A DNA stretch of 63,941 nucleotides, filler included, from Vannella sp. (GCA_023345925.1; 7 parts of 7 records of this genome joined end to end with filler, not necessarily neighbours in it); one strand, 5' to 3'. Counted from the first letter of the whole stretch, positions 21,909 through 34,456 are shown. Program-made: numbers and translations. The notes: generated by a model from the sequence alone, not told the origin.

Positions 21909-23012
21909 ATGTTGCGTTCTCTGACTGCCCCAAGAGCGACGTTCCGCTCGTCGTTGTGTCGAGTGGCTCTACGAAGAAACACTTTGTCTAGTGGCGCAGA
22001 TGCTGAGCAGGTGGTGGAGCGGCTGGAGAAGGACGAGGCACTCCGAACAGACTTGGCTGGTCGGTTGTCTACTAGTGCTCGTATCTCCCTCATTCGAGCT
22101 CTGGTAGAGAGAGAAGAAGCATCCAACGGACGCCCTCTTCATTCAGAAGAGTTCTTCTCTCAGGCAGATCTGAACCAGGACGGAGTTGTCACCAAAGAAG
22201 AGTTTCACCATTGGATCCACAGTCGCTCATGGTTTGGGCCCCGTTCGGATACCATCACTCCTACTGCAGTACCAGAGCAAGATACGCCTTCAGAGCACCC
22301 GGACCAGAGGCAATGCTTCGCCTTGGCGATCCAAGTGGCCATCCCTTTCGTTGGTTTTGGCTTCCTAGACAACGCCATCATGATCCTTGCAGGCAACTCG
22401 ATCGAGAATAGCTTAGGTGCTGTACTGACTCTGTCTACGATGGCAGCAGCGGGGCTGGGGAACCTCCTCAGCGATGTGGCGGGCATCGGGTTGAGTAACT
22501 ACATCGAAGCCGCGTCCCATCGCCTGGGCCTTCCAGATCCTCGACTGACGCCTCAACAGACACGCTCTCCGCGCATCCGCTGGGTGCGAATGCTGGCCAG
22601 TATGGTGGGTATCGCGTTTGGGTGCTTGCTGGGCTTGTCCCCGCTTCTCTTCATGACCTCGAAGGACGAAGTCCGCTTGCGTCGTATCTTCAGCTCCATC
22701 GATTGCAATAACAACGGGGAGATTGACTTTGAGGAGTTCCACGACGCCCTCAAGAAGATGGGCTTCCACGTTCAACGGAGAGAACTTCGCAAGTTCTTCG
22801 CATTTATCGATCTGGACGACGACGGCACGATTGACTTTGAGGAGTTCTGTTACTTAGTCAATCATCTCAAGTTCCAACTGGATCCCCTGGCTCCCGAGCC
22901 CTCCCGCCAGAAACTAGAGGACGATGAAGAAGCACAGAAAAGCGGACAATTGTCCCTTCGCATCAGCGGAAGAGACGGGAAGCGGCTCACAGATTTGATT
23001 CCAGAAGTTTAA
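21909..23012 (+). CDS. TMEM65: TMEM65-family mitochondrial membrane protein fused to three EF-hands
   Basis: Arg/Ser-rich presequence; AIPFVGFGFLDNAIMILAG...STMAAAGLGNLLSDVAG; EF loops DLNQDGVVTKEE, DCNNNGEIDFEE and DLDDDGTIDFEE. Confidence 0.9.
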   Translation: MLRSLTAPRATFRSSLCRVALRRNTLSSGADAEQVVERLEKDEALRTDLAGRLSTSARISLIRALVEREEASNGRPLHSEEFFSQADLNQDGVVTKEEFHHWIHSRSWFGPRSDTITPTAVPEQDTPSEHPDQRQCFALAIQVAIPFVGFGFLDNAIMILAGNSIENSLGAVLTLSTMAAAGLGNLLSDVAGIGLSNYIEAASHRLGLPDPRLTPQQTRSPRIRWVRMLASMVGIAFGCLLGLSPLLFMTSKDEVRLRRIFSSIDCNNNGEIDFEEFHDALKKMGFHVQRRELRKFFAFIDLDDDGTIDFEEFCYLVNHLKFQLDPLAPEPSRQKLEDDEEAQKSGQLSLRISGRDGKRLTDLIPEV

Positions 23013-23034
23013 TAGATTGCACAATGAGTATCTA

Positions 23035-26000
23035 TCACTCATGGACTCCTTCTTCGTGTTGTCTCTCCTTGAATGAAGTGAACAAAGAAGGTTCAGACAT
23101 GGCAAAGAGACTCGGAATGCTCCCGTCTTCGTCAATGTCACTATCAGACATAAGGTCGCGGCACACTTCGACCAGCTCCTGCAACAGGGAAGCTCCCTTG
23201 TTCATCTGCTGTTGCAGAGTTGGCGTGTGATTGTAAGTCCAGACCAAAGAGTCTTTTTGGCAACGGATTAATGCCAGACCTGTCCTATGGAGGTACTCCA
23301 TCTCTCCCTTTGCAACTTTGAAAGGAACAAAGCCAAAGCGGGACAACAGGGAGTGTTTGTCAACCTCTGCAGGAACCATGATTGACACTGGAGCACGGAA
23401 AGCTGGGTTGGGCCGGGTCGTGGTTCCTCCGCGCTCCACAGGAACTTGAATAAGCTTCAAGCCACACTGTTTCGCGTGCCTTTCTAACTGAGTGATTACC
23501 TCTTGGATGGCAGAGCCGGTGCAGATAATCCACCGAATGCCTATGTGATAACATGAACTGGGCATGAACAACGTGTCATACTCAAATAGCTGTCTCCATA
23601 CACATGAGAATGTCACTTGAAGCAGGTAAGAGAGAACTTACAATCCACTGGTAGCGATCTGTTTTCTTTCCGCGGTCTGCAACTTCAAGTTTGACAGATT
23701 TGCGTTTGTTTTCGTTCAAATAGATCTGATAGAGGGTGCTGTTGATGTCTTGAGAGTGGACAACCTCTTCTTCGGCGTCTTTTTGGCGAATTACTTTGGG
23801 AGAAGACTGCGGGAGGTGAATGAAAGAGAAACTGGTCAGTATTTGACTTACTGTGTACTGCATGGACATATGCTTGGTCTCGCTCCCACCAGTGAATGAA
23901 GGGAAAGGAATATAGGACTGGGGCGGATCAACGGTAGTAGATTGGCTGCGTTCTGCAGGCTTCAGAGGAGTCATTGGTTTTGTTTTCTTCTGGATTAGAG
24001 ACGCATTTCGGATATCTACCACATTCTGGTCCTCTGCAAATCGATAAAGCTGGGAAGTATCTTCAAACCCTTTCTGGGAGCCTGTGACCCGCATTAGGAG
24101 GCCACATTTCATCAAGCGCTCAGATAATTCGATGGCACTCTCTCTGGAGTAATTCGCTGTTTCCACGTTTCGAATAATCCAATTCACAAGCTCACGGCCT
24201 TCAAAGCATCGCCGAACGGTGCGGCGGGTCAGAGTTCTCTTGTGGTCTTTGATATCAAGACCGTTCTTGGGTTGCCGCATTCGCTCAACAAGATTGACTA
24301 ACTGCTCGTCACTTGTTGGGATTGAGACTGGAAGAGAGTCCGCCCCTTCAGACGTGAAGCTATCCATACTTCCATGGTTTGCTCGGCTCGCAAACTCTGT
24401 TACAGGGCGGACATCGAGCTGAATTTCTTTTTTGAAGAGCCGATGGCGGAACAAAGTGCTTGAGAACTTCATGAAAGCTTGAACCCGCTTTCCTTCTTCC
24501 GCTCGAGCCTGAGAAACATCCAATGGCTTTTCAGCTAACACCAAAGGACCTTCAGAAGGCGAGACCGTATTGTCACTCGGGAGGATAACCAATTGAATGT
24601 TCCACAACCTCAGGTTGCTTGCCAGATAAGAAGTTTCTCCGGATATAAGCTGGTCCACAGCGTTCCAATTAACTTGGATCTCTCCAGTACATTGGATATC
24701 AATCTGAGTGGGCAAAAAGGATTGATGGTTGACTGGCCAAAGGGCATAATAGTACCGGATGGGATTATTGACTTGATCCATCTTATACTTGAGATAAAAC
24801 CTCTTCACGGTAATGTTCTGCGCCATTTCATCGTAAGTTATAGCGTGAAAGATGTGCCCCAAAGCCAGAATTGTGCTCCTCTCCCCTCGGGCTGATTCGC
24901 TGGTTTCAACAAGTTGAAAGTTTTGAGCCAGCCTTTGTGAAATCAACTATAATTCTGGTCAGAGAGTGGAGAGGAAGGGAAACCATACCTCTTCCAAGAG
25001 GTCTTCCATCTTGTTTTGGTAGACATCTTCTCCTGGGAGGAGTGAGAGAGTGTATGAGCCTTGCAGGTAATTCTTGTTCAGCTCTTCTTGAGTTGGGATA
25101 TAGTCGGTTCCAAGTGGGAGGCAAGCTGGCTCTACAAAAGACCGCCAGTTAGCCTCATCTGTGTACAAATTCGGAGCGGAAATGTTGCGCTCTGTATGTT
25201 TCCGATCTACCAGGCCCTGTCAGATCAACTAAAGATTGATTTGCACGCATACCAGTGACTTTGGGAAACATGTGAGACCAACGGCGACTACTACTGTTTT
25301 CCAAGATGGTTACGGAAAGATCAAACGGATTCACACTTTGACTGGCCGAAGACTGTGAGTTCGATCGAGCAAACCCGTATTGGACGAAGTCAACACTTGT
25401 GAATGAGCTCTCTTTTGAGAAGGAGTTGCCAACTGATCCGTTTCCCGATTCAAATGAAAACTTGGGCATTGATTCTTGAAGAGTTCCCGCCTCCACAGAT
25501 AAACCAGATGTTCGAATAGTGAGCAACGGAGTAACTTGGTTGTGGGAACTTCCTTGTGATCCCACACTCGAATAGGAGCTATCTGAATTCACTCGGGATC
25601 CTCTATTGGGAGTCCGCCTCTGTTCTCCAACCTCCCGGTGGCGCCCCAAGCTAAATTGGGGGATGGAAGATTCTGTGCTATCATCAGATAGTTCATCTTT
25701 GTCATCTTGGGTCTCTTGATAATCGTCAGAGAGCCAATTACGATAGCTCCCTTTTAAGTATGTTGCGGGAATTGCTATCTTGTTGGTGGCTTCAGAATAG
25801 TCAGACTGCCAGCCATGGATGGACTGAAGGAGGTTGCAGACTAATGTGTCAACTTTTGGCTCTCCTGGTACAAAGAAGCTGATGTAGATCCAGAAAGGGA
25901 ACTTGAATTGAGGCTTGAGCAAGGACTGGCTCCCGCTCCTGCTATGTCCACGACTGAAATCATCAATGGAACTGTCTGAATTGCTTGACTTGCTCTGGAA

Positions 26001-27473
26001 ATCATCCTGATAAAGGAACAAAGGAACTGCGTGGAAGGGGGGCCGGGCCACACAAACCAAGTCGCAGGCAATTCCGTTATCAATGATCTTCTGTTTGGTC
26101 AACTCAGCAAGAGATTTTTCCACTTCAAAGTAACCACAGCCTGCAGAAAGGACAAGAATAGTCTGTCCAGTGTGGCGCAAGTCTCTATCAACATAATGAG
26201 CACCAAACTCACTTAGGGCTAAGTTGACAGCCTCTAAGAAATTTCCGTTATGTGATTTGCTCAGTTTTCCTATGGAAACAGCGCTTTGCATCTCTGGGAG
26301 ATGTTGGAGAATGGGAGGAACCCATTCTATCGCTGAAGGATAATTGATAAACTCCCTATGAAGCTCCTGAATAGTAGAGAGCCAATTAGTTCTTGTTTCG
26401 CTATCGATAGCTACTTTGTAAAAGTCTCGATAGCTTCCAGAACTGCAAGAAACGAGAGGAAGGTTTTGGTTTTTGAACCGAGAATTGCCTCTCATCTCTC
26501 GAACCTCTTCCTTGGTGTAGTACACCCTAGAGAAGAAGATAATCGTGACTGAATGAGTGGCATTGATACTCTCCCATCTAATAGGGTCAGAGGAACCTCT
26601 CTCAGAGCTACTAAGTGACTTACCGTTGGAAGAGCTGCCGAAGAAACTTGTTAACGCATCGTTCAAAGTGCAAATCAGAGTCCTCCGCAAACTCCCACAT
26701 CTCTGAACTAATCTGTAAAAAGAGAAAGACCCTGCCAGAGCGAGATCGAAAGGCTATCTGAACTGAAAGTCAACAAATAGTGATCCCTCAGTACCCCAAA
26801 CTGCAACTGTACCTTTGTGTTCTTCGTAATCAATCCAGACCTCATTGAATTGGCGCCAGAGTTGAGCTCTTGTACAACCAATCGTATCGCACCAAAAGTG
26901 AGTTTGCTATTACAGAATACAAACTCTTCTTGGAGACTCCGCTTGATGTGATACATGTCTGCGCGGCCAATGTAGTGGTCTTTGAAGGTTAAAAGAACCA
27001 GTTCGACCTCCCAGCTCTTCTCATCAAGAACTCTCTCCATCTTGACCTTCTCTCGTTGGAGGAAGCCCGCTGCTGTGGCCACAGATTTGGACACACTGAT
27101 CTAGATATCTTCAATGGGAGGTTCTCTGTTGTGTGAGTGGTCCTACCTGGAAGTTTAACGGCCCCTGCGGTGGAGGAGGTAGGCGTAGCACTATCTCTCG
27201 CTCCTGTTTGCCACTCTCTTCCCCACCAAGCTCCTGATGGAGGCGTACAAGATAGCCTTCACAGAAGGTATCATTGTACAGCTCAGGATGGATAAGGAGA
27301 TCACTAGGAAAAGCGAGGTCCTCGTGGATGGCCAAGATCTTCTGGATGACACGACTAGATTGCTTCCCCACCTGTGGAGAAGACGGAGTCGAAGGTACCC
27401 CCACATCACTACGCTCTTGCGCCAGTCCCACCGCCGACCTCCTTCGGAGACCATCTTGAGCAGGTTCCTCCAT
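23035..27473 (-). CDS. DEPDC5: GATOR1 subunit DEPDC5/Iml1, multi-exon
   Basis: FKDHYIGRADM; spliced AFRSRSGRVFLFLQISSEMWEF; GNFLEAVNLAL, YVDRDLRHTGQ, PFHAVPLF, RRWSHMFP, PACLPLGTDY, QRLAQNFQ, DEP domain (CFEGRELVNW), YLHRTG. Confidence 0.93.
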
Positions 27474-27592
27474 TTTCCCAATTATGATGGAATGATAGAA
27501 AATGATGCGCATTTCCCCATGATGACGTGGAAGAATTTTGTGGTGACCAATGAAAAAGTGCGCAAGAGCGAAACTTTCTCGCGCCCGCCGAC

Positions 27593-28404
27593 ATGTTCAA
27601 GGCTCTTGTCTGCTTCGCTCTTCTTTCCATCGCTTTCTCTGCGGTGTTTGCTGCCCCTGTGGAGCTGACTCTGGAGAACTTTGATGAAAGCATCAAGGAA
27701 GGAAACTGGTTTGTCAAGTTGTAAGTCGCGCGTGTTTCTTTGGCTCATGACTTTGACTCACGATCCGCTCCAGCTTCGCTCCGTGGTGTGGACACTGCAA
27801 GAAGATGGCACCTCTTTGGGAGGAATACTCTGAGAAGAGCGGGGACGTTACCGTTGCCAAGGTGGACTGCACTCAGCAACAAGCACTCTGCCAGAAGCAC
27901 AACATCCGTGGTTACCCCAGCATCCTTTTCTACAAGAATGGTGGCGAGGGCGTCAAGTTCCAGGGTGCACGCACTATCCCAGGATTCACTTCCTTTGTGG
28001 AAACTCAACTGAACCCTGCTGCCGCAGCTCCTGTTCCTGCTGCAGCTGCCCCAGCCCCCGCTAAGCCTGCTGCCACTCAACAGGAGGAAGGATCAACCGT
28101 TGTTGTCCTTGGTGAGGACAACTTTGCTGAATCCATCAAGGGAAAGAACTTCTACGTCAAGTTCTATGCTCCCTGGTGCGGACACTGCAAGACCATGATC
28201 CCCACCTGGGAAGAGCTTTCCCGCAAGGAGGAAATCAACGTTGGAAAGGTCGACTGCACTGTCCACAAGTCTCTGGCCACCGAGTACGGAATCCGCGGCT
28301 TCCCAACCATCATTCTCTTCAAGGAGAACGGTGAGCAGGTCAAGTACTCTGGAGCTCGCACTGTTGATGCCTTCACTACCTTCTGGAACGAGAACACTGC
28401 ATAA
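27593..28404 (+). CDS. Protein disulfide isomerase with two thioredoxin domains (TXNDC5/ERp46-like)
   Basis: Signal peptide MFKALVCFALLSIAFSAVFA; intron 27721-27773 gives KFFAPWCGHC; second domain FYAPWCGHC. Confidence 0.92.
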
Positions 28405-28480
28405 ATAAAGGGTTCAAAGCTTTCTAGTCAACTAAAGGCAAGTCAAAGATGATATTTAAAGAACCACTCGGAGCGGAGGT

Positions 28481-29054
28481 TTATTCCTTCTCGTCCTTGT
28501 TGACACCCATGTAAGTGAGGTGGCACTTTCCGCTACAAGAGAGTTAGCATCTGTCAATTCGTAAGGAGATAGGAAACCTACCAGTACTGTCGGTCATAGT
28601 GGTTGGCCATGAAGATGCCAGGTCCGCAGTCGGGGTGGGTGCACTCACGCTTGAGGCGCTCGATCTTGTGAGTGCGAGGATCAACCTTGTAGTACTTCAA
28701 GACGGCAAGCTTGACCTTCTTGTTCTTGTGCTTGATCTTCTTAGGCTTAGTGTAGGTCTTCTTCTTTTTCTTCTTGCGGCCTCCGTCGAGGGCAAGAGAA
28801 AGCTCAACGATGGAAAGATCTTCAACACCGCACTCAGCAAGGGTGCGTCCATCAAGAAGCATGCAGGTAGCGGCGGTCAATCGCTGCTCTTCAGAAGGGA
28901 TGCCTGTGACCTGTTGGTGAGGACTTCTTCTCTAAAAACCCGCTCTTAACTCACCCTCCAGCTCCTCAATTCGCTGGCGAAGGAGCTCAACGCAGTCGTT
29001 CTCCTCGACTTGGATGGTTCTAGTACCAGACAACGCCTTGACGAAGATCTGCAT
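28481..29054 (-). CDS. RPS27A: Ribosomal protein eS31/S27a fused to a divergent ubiquitin-like domain
   Basis: Introns 28904-28954 and 28533-28581. Product: [10 protein letters not shown]...[24 protein letters not shown]...[30 protein letters not shown]. Confidence 0.95.
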
Positions 29055-29213
29055 GACAGACAGGCGCGGAAAAAAGGAGGCGAAAGCAGCGAAACGAAAA
29101 TTTTCGACTTGTGGCCCTAATTCAATTCCACCTCCGCCATTAAATTCATTTCTTGCGATCAAATTAAGTGTTTAATTTGCCAACATTGTTAGAGAATTAG
29201 GATCATTTGCTGC

Positions 29214-30636
29214 ATGGAAGGGGAGCATGGGCAGTTGGCTAAACGCCAGAGGAGGCGTTTTTTCGAGAAGAACCGAGGTGTAGTCATCAATCAATCCTTT
29301 TCCTTGATGAGAGACGCTTCAAGTGTTCCATTGGGGTCCGATTCTGAAGGTTCAGATGAGGAGGGCGATGCTGATTACGGAAGAGGTGGACAACGGCGAG
29401 GATCTTCGCAGACCAGCTCTGTGCCACTATTCCAACCAACAAAGAAGACCTTTTTCGGAAAGAGTGATCCTCACCAAAGATCGGAGCAATGGGCTACCAT
29501 TGTCGCTCATTGGTACGATGATTGTGCCGAATCTAGCGATTCGATCCAATCTAGGGCAAGTTTCTGGATGGCAACTAAGGGTGTGAATCTGAACGATTCA
29601 CTAGGTTGAGGAGCTGATTCTCTATGGTGTGGCGGACGAGTTTCGCGGCAAGGTTTGGTGCCTCTTTGCCTCTTCATATGATCTCCTTCGCAAGAACGAG
29701 GGGATTTATAAGGTGAGCGTAACATACATCTTCCCAATCTTTCTGAGATCGGAATTGGCGAAGACCACCCGGTTCTAAAGGATTTGCTGACAAAGTGGGA
29801 AATAAGCTGTGTTTGGATTCTGATTTGGATGATTTTAACGAGCGGATTCGAAGTGACTTGAACCGAACCTTGCCAGAGAATTCCCTTTTCGCATCTCCTG
29901 AGGGAGAAGGGTACCACTCCGTTTCTGTACTGAGCAAATACTAATAGTGGACGTAGACAAAAGAGTTTATTTAACATCCTTAAAGCCTATGCAGCATTCA
30001 ATAGGACAGTAGGGTATGCACAATGTATGAATTATATTGCAGCATACTTGTTAAGCCAGATACGATCACCTGAGCTATCCTTTTGGACTTTTGTCAGCAT
30101 TTTGCAAACCACCAAAGGGCTCTTTCATGAAGGGATTCCCCTATTGAAGTCTTCTCTTGAACTGTTTGACGTCCTCCTCAAAAGGAACCTTCCAACTCTT
30201 CATGCACACTTTGTGAGAGAAGTACATTCGTCAATTTTGGTTACTAATGTCAGTCCAAAGGCTCGCCAGCGATTCAATATTGCACCAATTGTAGCTCAGT
30301 GGTGTTCAACACTCTTTTGCTGTCCCGGGTTTCCCTTTAAGTTCTCTCTGCACGTTATGGACACTTTTTTGTTGAAAGGTTACGAAATGATCCTCAGAAT
30401 CGGGCTTTCACTCTTTACTGAGGCCCAAGGTGCGTATTGCCTTCATCTGGAGTGGCCCTTTAACTAATGGTCGAGTAGGTTCTCTTCTTCGCCTGGAGGA
30501 CGAAGAGATCCAGCAATACCTTCAGCACCCGCCCAATTCGCTTGTCAACAGCTCAGTTGTAATTGTAAAATCTCTCAAGCTCAGAATTGATCACGATATT
30601 CAGCACTTAATTGAGAGTATTTTAATGCCTGAATAA
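29214..30636 (+). CDS. TBC-domain Rab GTPase-activating protein, multi-exon
   Basis: IRSDLNRTLP, LFNILKAYAAFNRTVGYAQCMNYIAAYL, QWCSTLF, VMDTFLLKG. Confidence 0.85.
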
Positions 30637-30756
30637 AGTGCTGGTCACGTGATAGAGCCCCTTTGATTGGTGCATCCTGAAGTGCCAGGCAGATTTTCGT
30701 CAAACCGGTGACAGCCAAAGTTTCTGCCTCAGTTTTGTGTGTTCCGCCGCCTCGAG

Positions 30757-31341
30757 ATGTCTGACGGAGAAACCGACAACTACAACCCAGGAGAGAAGAT
30801 CGACATGAAGACTCTTCAAAATATGGACGCTGAGGATGAATCCCTCCGAAGATACAAGGAGGCTCTCCTCGGAAAGATGGACGACCTCGCTGCTCCTTCT
30901 GACGATCCTCGCAAAGTTATCGTTCAATCCATGGTCATCATTTTCGAGGACCGCCCTGATGGAAACATGGAGTTCCAGCTCGGTGATGAGGCTGCTTTGG
31001 AGGCTTTCAAGAAAGCCACCATCATCTTCAAAGAGGGCTGCAACTACAAGATCCAAGTCAACTTCCGCGTCCAACACGAGATTGTTTCTGGTCTCAAGTA
31101 CCTGAACCAAATCTACCGAAAGGGAATCAGAGCTGCCAAGGAGGAAGAGATGCTTGGCTCCTTCGGACCCCAAAAGGACAACCACTCAGTTGTTTTCCCC
31201 AAGCAAGGCTGGGACCAAGCCCCCAAGGGAGCCCTCGCCCGTGGCACCTACACCGCCAAGAGCAAGTTCACTGATGACGACAAGCAAGGTCACATGCAAT
31301 ATGAGTACACCTTCCAAATCAAGAAGGACTGGACTGCCTAA
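30757..31341 (+). CDS. Rho GDP-dissociation inhibitor
   Basis: DAEDESLRRYKEALLG, FRVQHEIVSGLKY, APKGALARG.Y..KSKFTDDDK, IKKDW. Confidence 0.96.
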   Translation: MSDGETDNYNPGEKIDMKTLQNMDAEDESLRRYKEALLGKMDDLAAPSDDPRKVIVQSMVIIFEDRPDGNMEFQLGDEAALEAFKKATIIFKEGCNYKIQVNFRVQHEIVSGLKYLNQIYRKGIRAAKEEEMLGSFGPQKDNHSVVFPKQGWDQAPKGALARGTYTAKSKFTDDDKQGHMQYEYTFQIKKDWTA

Positions 31342-31428
31342 GAGTCTGCCATCCTCATTTTCCCTTGTATAATCGCCTCTGGGAGAACCCTCTCTTCTGG
31401 CAACTTGATACTCCAGTAAATCTCTAAG

Positions 31429-33631
31429 CTATACTGAGTCCTCTTTGCTGGTGGGAAAGCACAGAGGGGTAGCAAATGAAACAAAGTATTTTACAAGGAA
31501 CGTTCAGTGCTCCAAAGGATGACTTGGTGGTCATCCCCACCAGATGCGAAGACCGAGGACTCTCCTCTGAGACCTCGGTTCCACTCGACCGTGTTAACGG
31601 GCCCTTGATGGTGCTGAAGTACTGAAAGAAGGGTTCCATTACGCAGAAGGACACGAATACGCCCGTCTTGTGTCCATGTTAGTCGAAGTAAACGGTGTTC
31701 CAGTGACGCAACATACCGCTTGCTCCAGAGAGCACAAAATCGTCGTGAACGCCACCAAAACAAGCTCGTAGAACAAGCGGTGAACGGTTACCAAGGGTCT
31801 CGTAACAGCCTTGGCAAACAAGCTTCTTCGAACGAAGGTCCCAGATGTGGACTTCTTGGGAGAGCAGCTGCACCAAAGCTAGTTGCCCGTCTTGGGAAAG
31901 GTCGATTGAACAAAGGCGCTGGGACTCTTGAATGCTGTCCCCTGTTGATGAGAAGCTGTTGTTCGACAGAAGAGACGGACTCACACGCTGAACGGAGTCG
32001 CCGTGGCGCAAGATTGATCCTCGTCAAGGGGAATGAGTGTGATCTTGCGTAGCTGGCAAACGGCAGCGATCATTCTAGCGCGAGGACAAATGACCAGCGC
32101 AACAACGTTGGATACTCTCCATGTATGAAGCGGTTGGCCCTTCACAGAGAACATTGTGATGTACTGACCGAATCCTGCGACAACTATACTCTCTCCATCA
32201 GGGTGCCAGGCCGCCTAGAAGGGTGTCAGACAAGTTCTGCTCCAAAACAGCTCACATACGCTCTGGATCTTAGAAGGACGAGGGAGAGGAGAGTCCATAT
32301 CAGATGCGAAGACTTGGACTACTTCTTTGGTGTCCCTTGTCCATATAAACACTTGCATCTGGCTTGTCGCAAGAAGATACTTGTCGTTTGGGCTCCAAGC
32401 GAGGCTGTGCAGCCCCTGCTTGCACCCATTAGACACAAAAGGGGAATCCTCTTGCTCATCTACCGTGAGCTCTGAGATTGAGTGAAAGAGAGAGCCAAAC
32501 TGCGCCCTTCTATGTCAGATTCGAGGTCGAGTGGCGTTTGGTCCCAAGTCACTCACCGTGTGGTCAGGAGAGAGAGGATTGGAGTGCCAGATACGGAGAG
32601 AAGAGTCTTGCGCACCAGAAGCAAGCAGTTGGCCATCATGAGAGAAGGCCAGACACCAAACTTCATCATGGTGAGCTGGAACGAGCCAATGCGGTTGGGA
32701 GGGGAGTCGAGAGAGCTGACAGATGTGGTCCTGCAGCAAGTTTGTATTTCCTCCGCGCTCCTCAATGTGGTGGACGCATTGGGAGTGTTGGAGTTGGACT
32801 GCTTGGCCAAGCAGCGTCCCCAGTCGTCCAAGCGGGAGCATCACAGACGAGGGAACGTATTCTAACACCATATCAGAAGGAGTTCAGAGTGGAGGGAGGG
32901 GAGTCACACCGTTGAGCTTCCGAAGAAGTTGGAATCGCGCGCCGTTGGCAACACCAGGCCACCCAGCCACCGATTGAAGTGATTGAGGACAGCTGAGTAT
33001 GAGGAGTCTAATCTAGTTAACCATAGAGCCTATGAAGGGCGCTGGGGACGTACGAGGAAAGACGCCGCAGAAGGAGAAGGTAATCGGGATGCTCTGTGTC
33101 TGTATCGTCGTCCTTCTCGTCCTCCTCTTTGTAGATCTCAGTGATGTTCTCACTGAGGGGTCTCAGGTGGTTGTTCAGCACAAGGAGAGCATCAGGGATG
33201 CGCTGTTCCTCGAGAAGTTCTAAATATCGATGACGTTGGACACTCCAGGAGACCAGGAGCGCACGCAGAGGGGTGGTACATTGAATAAGTGTCAGGGAAT
33301 CAATAACACTCTCCCATTGCCCCAGGAGGATGAGCTGCTTGATACGCTGGATCGCCGGATCCTCTTCGAGGAGCGAAGACTCTTCTCGTAAGCTCTGCGC
33401 ACTCTGTTTCATTCCCAGCTCTTCCATCGCTTGGATCATCAAGCGGATGACTTCATTGGAGGGAATGGGCGTTGTAGCATGGGGAAGGATAGCGGGGAAG
33501 GACACACAAGGGCCATCATCGCCACCCACCGTGTCTGCACCGTTGATCTTCACCCGCTTTCGAGGCGGTGATCCCCTCTCCGGGCGCCTGTCACTTCCAT
33601 TCACGGGCGGAGACAAGCCGCTTCTATCCAT
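31429..33631 (-). CDS. WDR26/GID7-like LisH-CTLH-WD40 protein, multi-exon (3' end either 31491 or 31429)
   Basis: EVIRLMIQAM.ELG...A..L..ES, ILLGQW, YLELLE, RLGTLLGQA, HHDEVWCLAFSHDG, RACFGG, FASGGDD. Confidence 0.85.
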
Positions 33632-33752
33632 CCCTCACCGATCAGACCAACACCAACCAACCAACCAAAAGTGAGATCCGAAATGATCAGAAAAGAATGA
33701 AAAGAATCCATTTATTTCGCTTCTGGACCATTTCATTTGAAGTCGACAAAAA

Positions 33753-34456
33753 CTAGAGTCGACCGATACACGAGACCAGAGAGAGAGTCTGCCACCAGGC
33801 GCCAATAGGAGAGAGGAGTTGTATGATAGTTCTGTGGTGTACTTGCGCAGCGCCTTGCTCGAGATATTGTGAACTTGAACTTCCTTCTGTTGGGGCGGGG
33901 TGATAAGATAGCATCTGCACTTGTCCGCTTGTTATCTTCGTGGGAGCGCAAGAAGAGAGCGTCGTTGAAGGTGACTTGTTCTGGAGAACAGGACTTCCCG
34001 TTTCCTTCCCCGTGAAACTGGATGGCCTTGACCACCCCCCACTCTCCTTCACTCTTTCAAGCCCTGCCAAGCTCCCCTCGTCCTCCCAGCTCTCGCTCAT
34101 CCCGAAAGGGGACGAAAGAAAAGATCTTCTTTTGACCACCCCAAGCCTCTCGATTTGCCACTTCCAGGCTCTCATGAGGAGTTCAGTGATGGTATGCTGG
34201 TTTCAGAGGGAGTGATGTTATTGGGAGGGCGGCGGAAGGAAGTGACTTATTTCTTGCGATGGTCAGCGCGAGACTGCTTCAAGGCCCTGTCTTGTGCTTT
34301 GTCATTTCCCAGTTGAAGTTCTTGCGCGGAGAGGAACAGTAACGCTCCTCTTCCAAAGGCGCCCGTTCTGCGGATGATGTCGGCAGTGACTGTGGGGAGT
34401 CCGTTCTCCTTCAAGAAGTTGGCCATCTCTTCGGCCGTCTCACAATCGCAAAGCGC
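33753..34456 (-). pseudogene. Possible degenerate gene fragment with a SAM-like segment
   Basis: EEMANFLKENGLPTVTADIIRR..GRGALLFLSAQEL resembles a SAM helix bundle. The frame stops at AAATAAGTC (possibly a mutated GTAAGT donor) and the downstream frames are broken. Confidence 0.3.

Noticed and set aside
23035..27512. Fragmented ORFs suggesting frameshifts, stop-codon readthrough or a variant genetic code
   Set aside because: The breaks I traced here and in CLC, CSN5, FCF2 and S27a are explained by short GT-AG introns; TAA, TAG and TGA all serve as real stops.
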